Assembly: GCA_947500545.1 (NCBI GenBank)
Contig: CANMSO010000013.1
Location: 24,491-88,490, forward strand
Reading direction: 5' to 3'
DNA length: 64,000 bases
Source: an uncultured Aquimarina sp.
Lineage (GTDB): Bacteria > Bacteroidota > Bacteroidia > Flavobacteriales > Flavobacteriaceae
Each line of letters begins with the position of its first letter. Position 1 is the stretch's first letter. A model generated the notes under the pieces. That model worked only from the letters and a program-made list of their open reading frames with translations. It was not told the origin of the DNA and ran no database searches. A program made the position numbers and the translations under genes. Shown here one piece after another: positions 21,355 to 30,194 of the stretch.

Positions 21355-22113
21355 ATGGATATTCCTTTTGAGCCTATTGTTTTTGGTGTTAAAGTGAATA
21401 TCCATTTGGTTTTAGAGTATGCCGCTTTTTTTATCGGTTTTCGGTATTATATCTACTTAAAGAAGAATTCACAGGATGTAATATCATCATCTAATAGATT
21501 ATCAATAATTATAGGTGCAGTTTTCGGAGCCTTTTTTGGTTCTAGAATTGTTGGCTTTTTAGAGAACCCTATACTCTCATTCGGACCAGAATACCTTCTT
21601 TCTATACTTAACTCAAAAACTATTATGGGTGGACTTTTTGGTGGTTTACTTGGAGTAGAGTTGGCAAAAAAAATAATTAAAGAAAAACATTCTTCTGGGG
21701 ATTTGTTTACGTTTCCGATCATTTTGGGAATTATAGTGGGTAGATTAGGCTGCTTTTTATCAGGAATCAATGAGTTCACCTACGGAAAAGAAACTGGCTC
21801 TTTTCTTGGAATGGATTTGGGAGATGGTATAACAAGACATCCTATTGCACTTTATGAAATTATTTTCTTAATCACTTTATGGCTTTTTTTAAAACACATT
21901 CAGAAAAAGTCTATTTATAAAAGCGGGCTACTTTTTCAGTATTTTATGATTTTGTATTTTGTGTTTAGGCTTTTTATAGAATTCTTGAAACCTAATATAT
22001 TTTTGGTCTTAGGGTTAAGTAGTATTCAGTATTTATGTATCTTATGCTTGATTTATTATTGGAAAACAATTCGAGATACATTTTATGCCAACAAGAAACT
22101 ACACGTATTATGA
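21355..22113 (+). CDS. Divergent Lgt-family (prolipoprotein diacylglyceryl transferase-like) membrane protein
   Basis: About 7 TM; GRLGCFLSG, RHPIALYE and FRLFIEF correspond to Lgt motifs; KTIMGG stands where canonical Lgt has SFHGG. Confidence 0.85.
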   Translation: MDIPFEPIVFGVKVNIHLVLEYAAFFIGFRYYIYLKKNSQDVISSSNRLSIIIGAVFGAFFGSRIVGFLENPILSFGPEYLLSILNSKTIMGGLFGGLLGVELAKKIIKEKHSSGDLFTFPIILGIIVGRLGCFLSGINEFTYGKETGSFLGMDLGDGITRHPIALYEIIFLITLWLFLKHIQKKSIYKSGLLFQYFMILYFVFRLFIEFLKPNIFLVLGLSSIQYLCILCLIYYWKTIRDTFYANKKLHVL

Positions 22114-23479
22114 TTTTACATTAAGCTTATGTCCTACCTGTCTTAAAAGAATAGATGCTAAGATAGTTTTTGAAGAAGATAAAGTGTTTATGCTGAAACG
22201 TTGTCCAGAGCATGGTAGATCAAAAGTTTTGATTGCGGATGATATAGAATACTATAAGAGCATTAGAAATTATAATAAGCCTTCAGAATTTCCATATAAA
22301 TTTAATACGACTACAGATTATGGATGCCCTTATGATTGCGGACTGTGTCCAGATCATGAACAACACTCTTGTTTAACTATTATTGAAGTAACTGATCGCT
22401 GTAACTTAACTTGTCCTACTTGCTATGCTTCTTCATCTCCTCACTATGGGAGACATCGTTCTTTTGACGAGATTAAAAAGATGCTTGATACGATTGTTGA
22501 AAATGAAAAAGAACCGGATGTAGTACAAATTAGCGGAGGGGAACCAACTATACACCCCCAGTTTTTTGAAATTCTGGATTACGCCAAACAACTACCGATT
22601 CGACATCTTATGGTAAATACCAACGGAGTTCGTATTGCTAAGGATGTTAAATTCACAGAGCGATTGGCCGGATATATGCCAGATTTTGAAATTTATCTGC
22701 AATTTGATTCTTTACAAGAAGAAGTTCTAAAAAAATTAAGAGGAGAGAATTTAACACATATAAGAAAACAAGCTATACATAATCTTAATCAGTTTAACTT
22801 ATCTACAACTTTGGTGGTTACCTTGGAAAAAGGTTTGAATGATGATCAAATAGGAGAGGTTATTTCGTTTGCTACTAAACAAAAAAGTGTAAGAGGGGTT
22901 ACATTTCAACCTACACAAATTGCAGGTCGATTAGAAGATTTTGATGTGCAAACTAATAGAATAACATTAACCGAAGTAAGAAGAAAGATATTAGAGCAGT
23001 TTCCTATATTTGAATCTGATGATCTTATTCCTGTGCCCTGTAATCCAGATGCATTAGTGATGGGGTATGCGCTAAAAAATGAAGAAGGGATTTTGCCGCT
23101 TACAAGATATATCAATCCTACAGATTTATTGGATAATGGAAAAAATACTATTGTTTATGAGCAGGATGAAGAATTACACGGTAAAGTACTTGAACTTTTT
23201 AGTACGGGTAATTCTGTTGAAAGTGCCTCGGAAAACCTGAAATCCATTATGTGTTGCTTGCCAGAAATTGATGCACCCGATTTGGGTTATGATAACCTAT
23301 TTAGGATTATTATTATGCAATTTGTTGATGCCTATAACTTTGATGTTAGAGCGATCAAAAAATCTTGTGTTCATATTGTAAATAAAGATTACAAGATTAT
23401 TCCTTTTGAAACTATGAATTTGTTTTATAGAGATGATAAACAAGAATATCTAGAAAAACTAAGAAACGAAGTGATATGA
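22085..23479 (+). CDS. Radical SAM protein, tetraether synthase (Tes/MJ0619)-like architecture
   Basis: C16-x2-C19...C40-P-E-H43 N-terminal metal site, C81xxxC85xxC88xxH91 auxiliary motif, C106xxxC110xxC113 SAM cluster, SGGEPT, C-terminal SCVH...IIPF. Confidence 0.85.
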   Translation: MPTRNYTYYDFTLSLCPTCLKRIDAKIVFEEDKVFMLKRCPEHGRSKVLIADDIEYYKSIRNYNKPSEFPYKFNTTTDYGCPYDCGLCPDHEQHSCLTIIEVTDRCNLTCPTCYASSSPHYGRHRSFDEIKKMLDTIVENEKEPDVVQISGGEPTIHPQFFEILDYAKQLPIRHLMVNTNGVRIAKDVKFTERLAGYMPDFEIYLQFDSLQEEVLKKLRGENLTHIRKQAIHNLNQFNLSTTLVVTLEKGLNDDQIGEVISFATKQKSVRGVTFQPTQIAGRLEDFDVQTNRITLTEVRRKILEQFPIFESDDLIPVPCNPDALVMGYALKNEEGILPLTRYINPTDLLDNGKNTIVYEQDEELHGKVLELFSTGNSVESASENLKSIMCCLPEIDAPDLGYDNLFRIIIMQFVDAYNFDVRAIKKSCVHIVNKDYKIIPFETMNLFYRDDKQEYLEKLRNEVI

Positions 23480-23694
23480 TACTAAACACTATCTCTTTAG
23501 AAGGTGGAAATTACGATGCAATAATTTACTTAATTCTATTAATTCTTTTAGGACCACCAATATTCCTTGCTCTTATTGGAGTAATCCTATTCAAAACGCA
23601 ACATCGAAAGGCGGGTAAAGTATTTTTTATTCTCGCCGGAATATATCTTGTTGTAGGGTTAGGAATTTGCGGAGCTCTGATGGTTGGGTTTTAG
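23476..23694 (+). CDS. 72-aa two-TM membrane protein with a single C-terminal Cys
   Basis: ATGA overlap with the radical SAM stop; two hydrophobic helices separated by KTQHRKAGK. Confidence 0.75.
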   Translation: MILNTISLEGGNYDAIIYLILLILLGPPIFLALIGVILFKTQHRKAGKVFFILAGIYLVVGLGICGALMVGF

Positions 23695-24512
23695 ATTCTT
23701 TCTAAAAGGTACATAGTCTCGTTCAGGATTTCATTTTTGGTACTGATTTCAATATTTGGGGCATAAATTTTTGATAGCTCAAATTCATCTGTTTTTTCTT
23801 TTATTGTATATCCATCTATTGAAGAAAAATAAGAATGGGGTATGGTTTGATGTGAAAAAGAGTCATTAGTGTCATTATTACTGTCAAAATAATGTAATAA
23901 ACGGTGGTATACTTCTGTGTTTTCTACTTCTGGCAAGTAGGTTACACTACCCGTAATATCTCCAGGATTTTGTAATCCTTTAAAAATTTGAAATAATTTA
24001 TTCGTCGTTGAGCGGTCTAAAAAGAAGAATACACCTTCGATTAGAATAAACGTAGGTTCCTTTTTGATTAGTGGTTTCAGTGTTTTTATAATTTGATCTG
24101 CAGTATTTTGATTAAAATCCACAGCTACGTACTGAACATCTCGATAGGGTAATTCTCCTTCTTTAGTCCAATTGTCGATTTTCTCTTTTTTATAATCAAT
24201 GATATCTTTTTTATCAATCTCGATTGTAGAAACAGAATCGTTAAACGAAAATTGATACATACTAAAACCTGACCCAAAATTAATCAATGTACCACCCCCA
24301 TTAGTATCAAAAAATGATTTCATATGCTCATAGAAAAAACGATTTCTTATGCTGTGTAAAATGGCTTCATGCTTAGAGATGGTATCCAGAATAGATGGAA
24401 TTATAGCATCTGTTTGTTGATTGTTCCATAATTTTGCAAAATTATCTTTACTTATTTCTTGGTAATGAGACCTGTAAGTTGATACTACGAAGGCGGTTTC
24501 ATGAACTTTCAT
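23691..24512 (-). CDS. Class I SAM-dependent methyltransferase (LCM/TcmP-like)
   Basis: ETAFVVSTYRS, RNRFF, LINFGSGF, VAVDF, ILIEGVFFFL. Confidence 0.78.
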   Translation of the reverse strand: MKVHETAFVVSTYRSHYQEISKDNFAKLWNNQQTDAIIPSILDTISKHEAILHSIRNRFFYEHMKSFFDTNGGGTLINFGSGFSMYQFSFNDSVSTIEIDKKDIIDYKKEKIDNWTKEGELPYRDVQYVAVDFNQNTADQIIKTLKPLIKKEPTFILIEGVFFFLDRSTTNKLFQIFKGLQNPGDITGSVTYLPEVENTEVYHRLLHYFDSNNDTNDSFSHQTIPHSYFSSIDGYTIKEKTDEFELSKIYAPNIEISTKNEILNETMYLLERI

Positions 24513-24642
24513 AAATTGGTTATAGATTAATTTCTAATCTAAAGTATTAAAATAGTAGATTTTATACGCCTTATTTTTGAATCTATAAAGTAAGTTTTAA
24601 GTTAACTTTATGAGTCATTGATATTGATTAAAGACATTCTGT

Positions 24643-25101
24643 TTATGCTATAGCTACAAAAATATCTACTTCGGCATCCTTAGGGTTTAGAGCATCTTCA
24701 CCGTATACTTCGAAATCTGTAGTATAGGTTCTTTTTAAATCGGTTTCCCATATAGTTACCCATTTATCATAAATTACCCCTTTGGTGATATCCCCTTTGG
24801 CGGTAAATCGAGAATAGGTGTTTTTTTCGATATGGATGCCAGTCATACCAGTTGGTATTGTGTCTAAGTTTTTAACTTTGCAACCCAATATTGTAGTATA
24901 TCCTTCGGTATGATCACTTTCGTAATCCGTATACAAGGCATAGATAGTGTCTTCAAGCCTGTTTGGGATTTGGTCAATCATATTTTCAGACATAAAAGTA
25001 TTCCATAGAGCAGGAATATCCTTTTCAAATTGATCATTTTTTTTAGTGGTTCGTACAGAAATCCCTATTACATGAAAAGGGTGAAGCTTTATTTTTGCCA
25101 T
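24643..25101 (-). CDS. GyrI-like effector-binding protein
   Basis: VIGISVRT, YALYTDYESD, RTYTTDFEVY; no HTH. Confidence 0.85.
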   Translation of the reverse strand: MAKIKLHPFHVIGISVRTTKKNDQFEKDIPALWNTFMSENMIDQIPNRLEDTIYALYTDYESDHTEGYTTILGCKVKNLDTIPTGMTGIHIEKNTYSRFTAKGDITKGVIYDKWVTIWETDLKRTYTTDFEVYGEDALNPKDAEVDIFVAIA

Positions 25102-25200
25102 GATTATGATTGTTTGAAGATTAATATATAGACAAAAATATAAGGCTAGTGTGACAAGCGTATGTCAGGAGGGTGTCACAATATTTTTTTTCTTATTAAT

Positions 25201-26394
25201 TTATATAAACCCTAGTTTTTCAAAGTCTTTATTTAAAATCGTTTGATCATTTACATTTAACCAATTGTTTAATACCGATGCATAAACACTCCTGAAATCT
25301 ACAGAATATTTGATATCTCCGTTATTGTCTAAATCAGAAAGATTTGGTAATTCGTTATACACACCTGCTTTTTTCAAAGAACCACCTATGACAATTACGT
25401 TATTTGCTGCTCCATGATCGGTACCCCTGCTACCATTTTGTTTCACACGACGTCCAAATTCTGAAAAAGTAAGAATCAAGGTGTCCTTAAATCGATCATT
25501 CGCTTTTAAGTCTTTAACCAAGGCGCCAACAGAATCTGAGTATATTTTGAGCAATCGATCCTGGCTGTTTAATTGATTTACATGACTATCAAAACCTCCT
25601 AGTGAACTGTAAAACACTCTTGTTTTTAAGCCAGAGATTATAAAATCAGCAATTGTTTTTAGGTGCTTGGAAAATGGGTTTTGAGGGTATTCAGTATTGG
25701 TTTGATGAATCTTTGACGTTTCATAAATGTATGAAGCAGAGGAATAGGTTTCTAACATCGTTTTGTATAGATATCCCTGATTGTCTTCATCTAACATTTC
25801 TTTTTGAGTGTTCTTAATTATGTTCTTGAAAAAAGGTTCTCTTGTTGTTCGGTAGAGTTGGTTGGGATCGGAAGCAGCAATACCATTCATGGTGTTGCCT
25901 TTTAAGGCTAATGACAATGAATTATCTATTTCTATTGCTTGGTACGGGTGCTGGCAATTGGCATCCAGGTATCTGCCTACCCAACCTGTTGATAGATACT
26001 GATTGGTATCACTTGCCGTTTGCCAGATATCCGTACTTCTAAAATGTGATCTATTAGGATTAGGATACCCTACATTATTAATGATAGATACTTCTCCCAA
26101 GTCATATAGTTTTTTGATTTCTTTTAGGTTGTCATTAAAAGCTAAATCATCGGTAATTTTTAGTGTTCGAGATTCTTTTTTAGCAATAAATGGCCTTGCG
26201 CTATGATAGATATCGTTACTAATAGGGATAATACTATTTAATCCGTCATTTCCGCCAGAAAGTTGAATAATGATCACATTTCTATATCCCGATAATTGTT
26301 CTGGTGTTAGAAATTCCATTCCTTTTAAGAAAGAAGGAATCATCGTCATTCCTGATGCAAATACTGATTGTTTTAAAAAATCTCTCCGTTTCAT
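25201..26394 (-). CDS. DUF1501-family protein with Tat-like signal
   Basis: MKRRDFLK; QLSGGNDGLN, SHFRS, GGFDSH, FSEFGRR, GTDHG. Confidence 0.88.
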   Translation of the reverse strand: MKRRDFLKQSVFASGMTMIPSFLKGMEFLTPEQLSGYRNVIIIQLSGGNDGLNSIIPISNDIYHSARPFIAKKESRTLKITDDLAFNDNLKEIKKLYDLGEVSIINNVGYPNPNRSHFRSTDIWQTASDTNQYLSTGWVGRYLDANCQHPYQAIEIDNSLSLALKGNTMNGIAASDPNQLYRTTREPFFKNIIKNTQKEMLDEDNQGYLYKTMLETYSSASYIYETSKIHQTNTEYPQNPFSKHLKTIADFIISGLKTRVFYSSLGGFDSHVNQLNSQDRLLKIYSDSVGALVKDLKANDRFKDTLILTFSEFGRRVKQNGSRGTDHGAANNVIVIGGSLKKAGVYNELPNLSDLDNNGDIKYSVDFRSVYASVLNNWLNVNDQTILNKDFEKLGFI

Positions 26395-26406
26395 GGTCTT
26401 ATGGTT

Positions 26407-27810
26407 TTAGCAAAGTTGATATTCTGGTAGGCTCAATAGTTCGATAACAAAATTCTTGGTATCCTTTGCTTCTAATTTAGATACGATGACTTTGGCAGTT
26501 TCAGAAAGACTTGGTTGCAACATGAAATTTGTAAGTTCAGATTTGTTTTTTTGTTCCAAATCATCTAAAAATACTTGCCAATTGGGTATGGCTTTTACCT
26601 TCCTTTGAAGTTTTGACTTTATCTTTTTATAGACTTGTTGTCTGATAATCGTATTCTCTGGCATATCTCCTTTTTCATGCCATTCTATTACTCCGCTATT
26701 CAGCGTTAATGAAACTAATTTTAAACGAAGCATCAGTGTAGAGTTGTCTATCCATGCCCTTCCTCCTGTCCAGCCTGCTACATTTGGAGGAAAGAACAAC
26801 ATTTGATTTAGCTTTTTTTGAAGATAGAGCAATACCTTGGGGTCTTCATACTGTACTTGAAAAGACTTGCTAAGTCCTACTATTAGTTCGATAGGGGATT
26901 TAATCTTGGTTCCAATATTATTAGAAGAATAAAACCAATCACTCTTAAGAATCGCTCTTACTAGAGCTTGAAGATCGTAATTAGCATCATAAAAAATCGT
27001 TGTAAGATATTCAATGTGATTTTTATTAATGGTTTCATTCACAAAATAAGAATATATTTTCTCGGTGAGATATCGCGCAGTTTGTTTTTTTTCAAGAAGT
27101 ATTTTGATGACATCTTCCCCGGTGAAACTCCCTGTTTTATCAAAGATCGTTTTGGTACCATAATCATGATGGTTTTTTCTAAAAACAAATGTTCCATTCT
27201 TATTAAAATTCCAACCGGTAAATGCTCTGGCAGCCTCTTTGATATCATTTTCCGTATACCCATTATCTCTTCCCAGAGTAAATAACTCCATTACCTCACG
27301 GGCGAAATTTTCGTTAGGGTGGTCTTTTCTATTTTGCTTGTTGTTTAAAAATAGTAGCATTGCAGGAGATTTGGATACTTCCATAAGCATATCTCCAAAG
27401 TTCTCTAAAGCATGTTCACGAATGATGTTGTTAAGATGAATACATGCACGTGGGGTTCTAAGTCGTACGGCAAAATGATCATGAAAAAACAATGTCATTT
27501 TCTCACGTAACACTTGATCAGTGTCTATTAATTGTTTTAACCAAAGCGTATTTAACTCGGACATTTTTTTATTCCGGAGTTGTCGTAATTGTTTTCGTTC
27601 TTCTCTGGATAGCTCTTTAGAATTTTTTTCTAATGCCCCAAAACTCATAGATAATGGGGCGCTCTCCTTACTTTCTTCAAATAGTCGATCAATGATTTGA
27701 GTTTTTGAGAGGACTCTAACCGTTTCAAGTTCTGAGGCAGAAATTCCAAACCCGATTCTCCAATAGAGATGTTGAATTTGTTTGTCTGATAAAGAGGTAA
27801 TCATAATCAC
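26407..27810 (-). CDS. DUF1800-family protein
   Basis: LREKMTLFFHDHF, PAMLLFLN, PNENFAREVMELFTLG, PPNVAGW. Confidence 0.9.
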   Translation of the reverse strand: MIMITSLSDKQIQHLYWRIGFGISASELETVRVLSKTQIIDRLFEESKESAPLSMSFGALEKNSKELSREERKQLRQLRNKKMSELNTLWLKQLIDTDQVLREKMTLFFHDHFAVRLRTPRACIHLNNIIREHALENFGDMLMEVSKSPAMLLFLNNKQNRKDHPNENFAREVMELFTLGRDNGYTENDIKEAARAFTGWNFNKNGTFVFRKNHHDYGTKTIFDKTGSFTGEDVIKILLEKKQTARYLTEKIYSYFVNETINKNHIEYLTTIFYDANYDLQALVRAILKSDWFYSSNNIGTKIKSPIELIVGLSKSFQVQYEDPKVLLYLQKKLNQMLFFPPNVAGWTGGRAWIDNSTLMLRLKLVSLTLNSGVIEWHEKGDMPENTIIRQQVYKKIKSKLQRKVKAIPNWQVFLDDLEQKNKSELTNFMLQPSLSETAKVIVSKLEAKDTKNFVIELLSLPEYQLC

Positions 27811-27869
27811 AGTGTTTGTTGCTTAGACTGTGATAATTGGGAAAGGTTTAACGATAAATGATTTTAACC

Positions 27870-28196
27870 TTATTTCTTGGTTCTTACCGCGGCTTCATAA
27901 GATTTTGTGACCCAATCTTTTAGTTTGTTTTTGTCTTCAAGAATATCAGCTGGTACCTCCCAATAGGGCATTCCTTTCTTTTTCTTTTCAGAATAAAAAG
28001 GTTTCATGCCTTTGTCTTCATATTCTTTTTTGTTAAACTCATCTACCTTTAGTCTTAAGACATCACTACCGATTTTGCCAAACATAAGCCCCTGATGAAA
28101 TAAACCAATACCTCCAAACATTTTTTTGACGTCTACTTGGCCAAATTCGGACAATTGATCTGTTACATAATTTAGATATTCTTCGCTTACCGCCAT
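27870..28196 (-). CDS. TfoX N-terminal domain protein
   Basis: KKMFGGIGLF...LRLKVD...MPYWEVP. Confidence 0.85.
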   Translation of the reverse strand: MAVSEEYLNYVTDQLSEFGQVDVKKMFGGIGLFHQGLMFGKIGSDVLRLKVDEFNKKEYEDKGMKPFYSEKKKKGMPYWEVPADILEDKNKLKDWVTKSYEAAVRTKK

Positions 28197-28208
28197 AATA
28201 AAATGGTT

Positions 28209-28601
28209 TTAGTTTTTGTGTTGAATTAAATCCCACTTGTTGCCATACAGATCTTTGAAAACAACAACGGTTCCGTATACTTCCTCTCTAGGTTCTTCAA
28301 GAAAGATGACTCCTTTTGATTTCATACTGTTATAATCTCTCCAAAAATCATCTGTGTTTAGGAATAAAAAAACGCGCCCACCAGTTTGATAACCAATTGC
28401 TTTTTCTTGTTCTGGATTTGTTGCCTGAGCCAATAGGATATTAGTTTCGGTGTTGTTAGAAGGCGAGATTATGACCCATCTTTTTTCTTCGTCAAGTTTA
28501 GTGTCTTCAATAAGTTTAAAATTGAGCTTTTTGACATAAAATTGAATAGCCTCATCATAATCTTTAACTACTAAAGATATAGCTCCGATTTTGCGTTTCA
28601 T
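28209..28601 (-). CDS. VOC/glyoxalase family protein
   Basis: LVVKDYDEAIQFY and FKDLYGNKWDL. Confidence 0.88.
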   Translation of the reverse strand: MKRKIGAISLVVKDYDEAIQFYVKKLNFKLIEDTKLDEEKRWVIISPSNNTETNILLAQATNPEQEKAIGYQTGGRVFLFLNTDDFWRDYNSMKSKGVIFLEEPREEVYGTVVVFKDLYGNKWDLIQHKN

Positions 28602-29062
28602 TCGTTTTGTTTTACCTTAACAGTATCTGGTACAAGTCCAGAAACATCTCCGCCATTACGAATGACATCTCGCACAATTGAAGAAGAAATGTAGCTTTTT
28701 CCGGAAGAGGTTAATAGAAAAACAGTCTCAATTTCAGACATTTTTCGATTGGTATGAGCGATTGCTTTTTCAAATTCAAAATCTCCAGGATTACGCAACC
28801 CTCTTAAGATAAATTGAGCATTTTGTTTCTTGCAAAAATCAACAGTAAGTCCTTTATAAGTCATTACTTTGATTCTTGGTTCGCCTTTAAAAGCTTCTTC
28901 GATAAACTGTTTGCGTTCTTCTAGAGAAAACATGTATTTTTTATCGGCATTAACACCAATAGCAAGTATGACTTCATCAAAGAGTGTGAGTCCTCTTTCT
29001 ATAATATCATAGTGTCCTAAAGTAATGGGGTCAAATGATCCGGGAAAAACAGCTCTTCTCAT
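28598..29062 (-). CDS. coaD: Phosphopantetheine adenylyltransferase
   Basis: FPGSFDPITLGH, ILRGLR, ISSSIVR. Confidence 0.97.
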   Translation of the reverse strand: MRRAVFPGSFDPITLGHYDIIERGLTLFDEVILAIGVNADKKYMFSLEERKQFIEEAFKGEPRIKVMTYKGLTVDFCKKQNAQFILRGLRNPGDFEFEKAIAHTNRKMSEIETVFLLTSSGKSYISSSIVRDVIRNGGDVSGLVPDTVKVKQNE

Positions 29063-29133
29063 GTTTGATTATTGATTGGTGTGATTACAAAGATAATCGA
29101 AATTACAAATTATGTTTTTTTGATTCTGCTTCT

Positions 29134-30111
29134 TTAGGCTTTCATTGATTCTTCTACCGTATTTGTTAATAGATCTTTCAAACTAATTCCTGCCGCCAAT
29201 GCTTGTTGAGGTAAAATGCTTGCTTCACTAAAACCTGGATTAGTATTCATTTCAACAAAATGAGGTTCTCCATTGTGAAATATAAATTCACTACGTGAAA
29301 AGCCTTTCATCTTTAGTGTCTGATATATTTTTAATGCTAAATCCTGGACTTTCTTTGTATCCTTTTCTGATAATCTTGCCGGAGTAATTTCTTGCGATTT
29401 ACCTAAGTATTTAGCTTCGTAATCAAAAAACTCGTTTTCAGATACAATTTCAGTAATAGGTAAAACGGTATCTTCTCCTTTGTATGTAATAACACCAACA
29501 GATACTTCAGTACCACTTAAGAAAGATTCTATGATTATCTCATCATCTTCTTTATAGGCTACATCTATGGCCGGAGTCAATTCTGATTCCGTTTTAACCT
29601 TAGAAACACCATAGCTGCTACCTGCTTTGTTTGCTTTCACAAAACAAGGCAAGCCAACGATATCCAAAATCTCTTTAGTGTCTATTTTATCTCCTTTATT
29701 TAGGAAATAGTTGGTAGCAGTCGCTATTCCGTATGGTTTTAACGCACTAATACAATCACGTTTGTTAAATGTGAGTGCCGCTTGGTAAAAATCGCAGGCA
29801 GTTTGTGGGATTTCAATTAATTCAAAATACGCTTGTAGCAAACCATCTTCACCCGGAGTTCCATGAACAATATTAAAAGCTGCATCAAAAATAATTTTAG
29901 AATCATTTAAGGTAAGCGAAAAATCATTCTTATCAATCTGAAATTTCTGATCATTGTCATCTACATAAAACCACCCATTTTTAGTGATATGAACACGATA
30001 GGGGTTGTATAGATCCTTATCCAGGTGCTTATACACTACATTTCCGCTTTGGATAGATATGTCAAACTCGCTAGAATATCCACCCATCAAAATGGCAATG
30101 TTTTTCTTCAT
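29134..30111 (-). CDS. ddl: D-alanine--D-alanine ligase
   Basis: GGYSSE, HGTPGEDG, GSSYGV, FDYEAKY, EMNTNPG. ATG 30111 preferred. Confidence 0.95.
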   Translation of the reverse strand: MKKNIAILMGGYSSEFDISIQSGNVVYKHLDKDLYNPYRVHITKNGWFYVDDNDQKFQIDKNDFSLTLNDSKIIFDAAFNIVHGTPGEDGLLQAYFELIEIPQTACDFYQAALTFNKRDCISALKPYGIATATNYFLNKGDKIDTKEILDIVGLPCFVKANKAGSSYGVSKVKTESELTPAIDVAYKEDDEIIIESFLSGTEVSVGVITYKGEDTVLPITEIVSENEFFDYEAKYLGKSQEITPARLSEKDTKKVQDLALKIYQTLKMKGFSRSEFIFHNGEPHFVEMNTNPGFSEASILPQQALAAGISLKDLLTNTVEESMKA

Positions 30112-30178
30112 TGAAGTCACTTTTGAAAACAAAAATATCATTTATCTAATAAGAAAAGCTTAAAACTTTCCGTTTTTA

Positions 30179-30186
30179 TATATTTG
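30179..30186 (+). promoter_or_regulatory. -7 box of the PASTA gene
   Basis: TATATTTG just upstream of ATG 30195/30207. Confidence 0.55.
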
Positions 30187-30194
30187 TCCAAATT

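Noticed and set aside
22085-23479. Annotating it as a pterin dimethyltransferase, MoaA, or a proven GDGT synthase
   Set aside because: The methyltransferase label is the older assignment for MJ0619, the extra N-terminal metal motifs do not fit MoaA, and GDGT synthesis cannot be claimed from motifs alone given the altered C-terminal Cys pattern.
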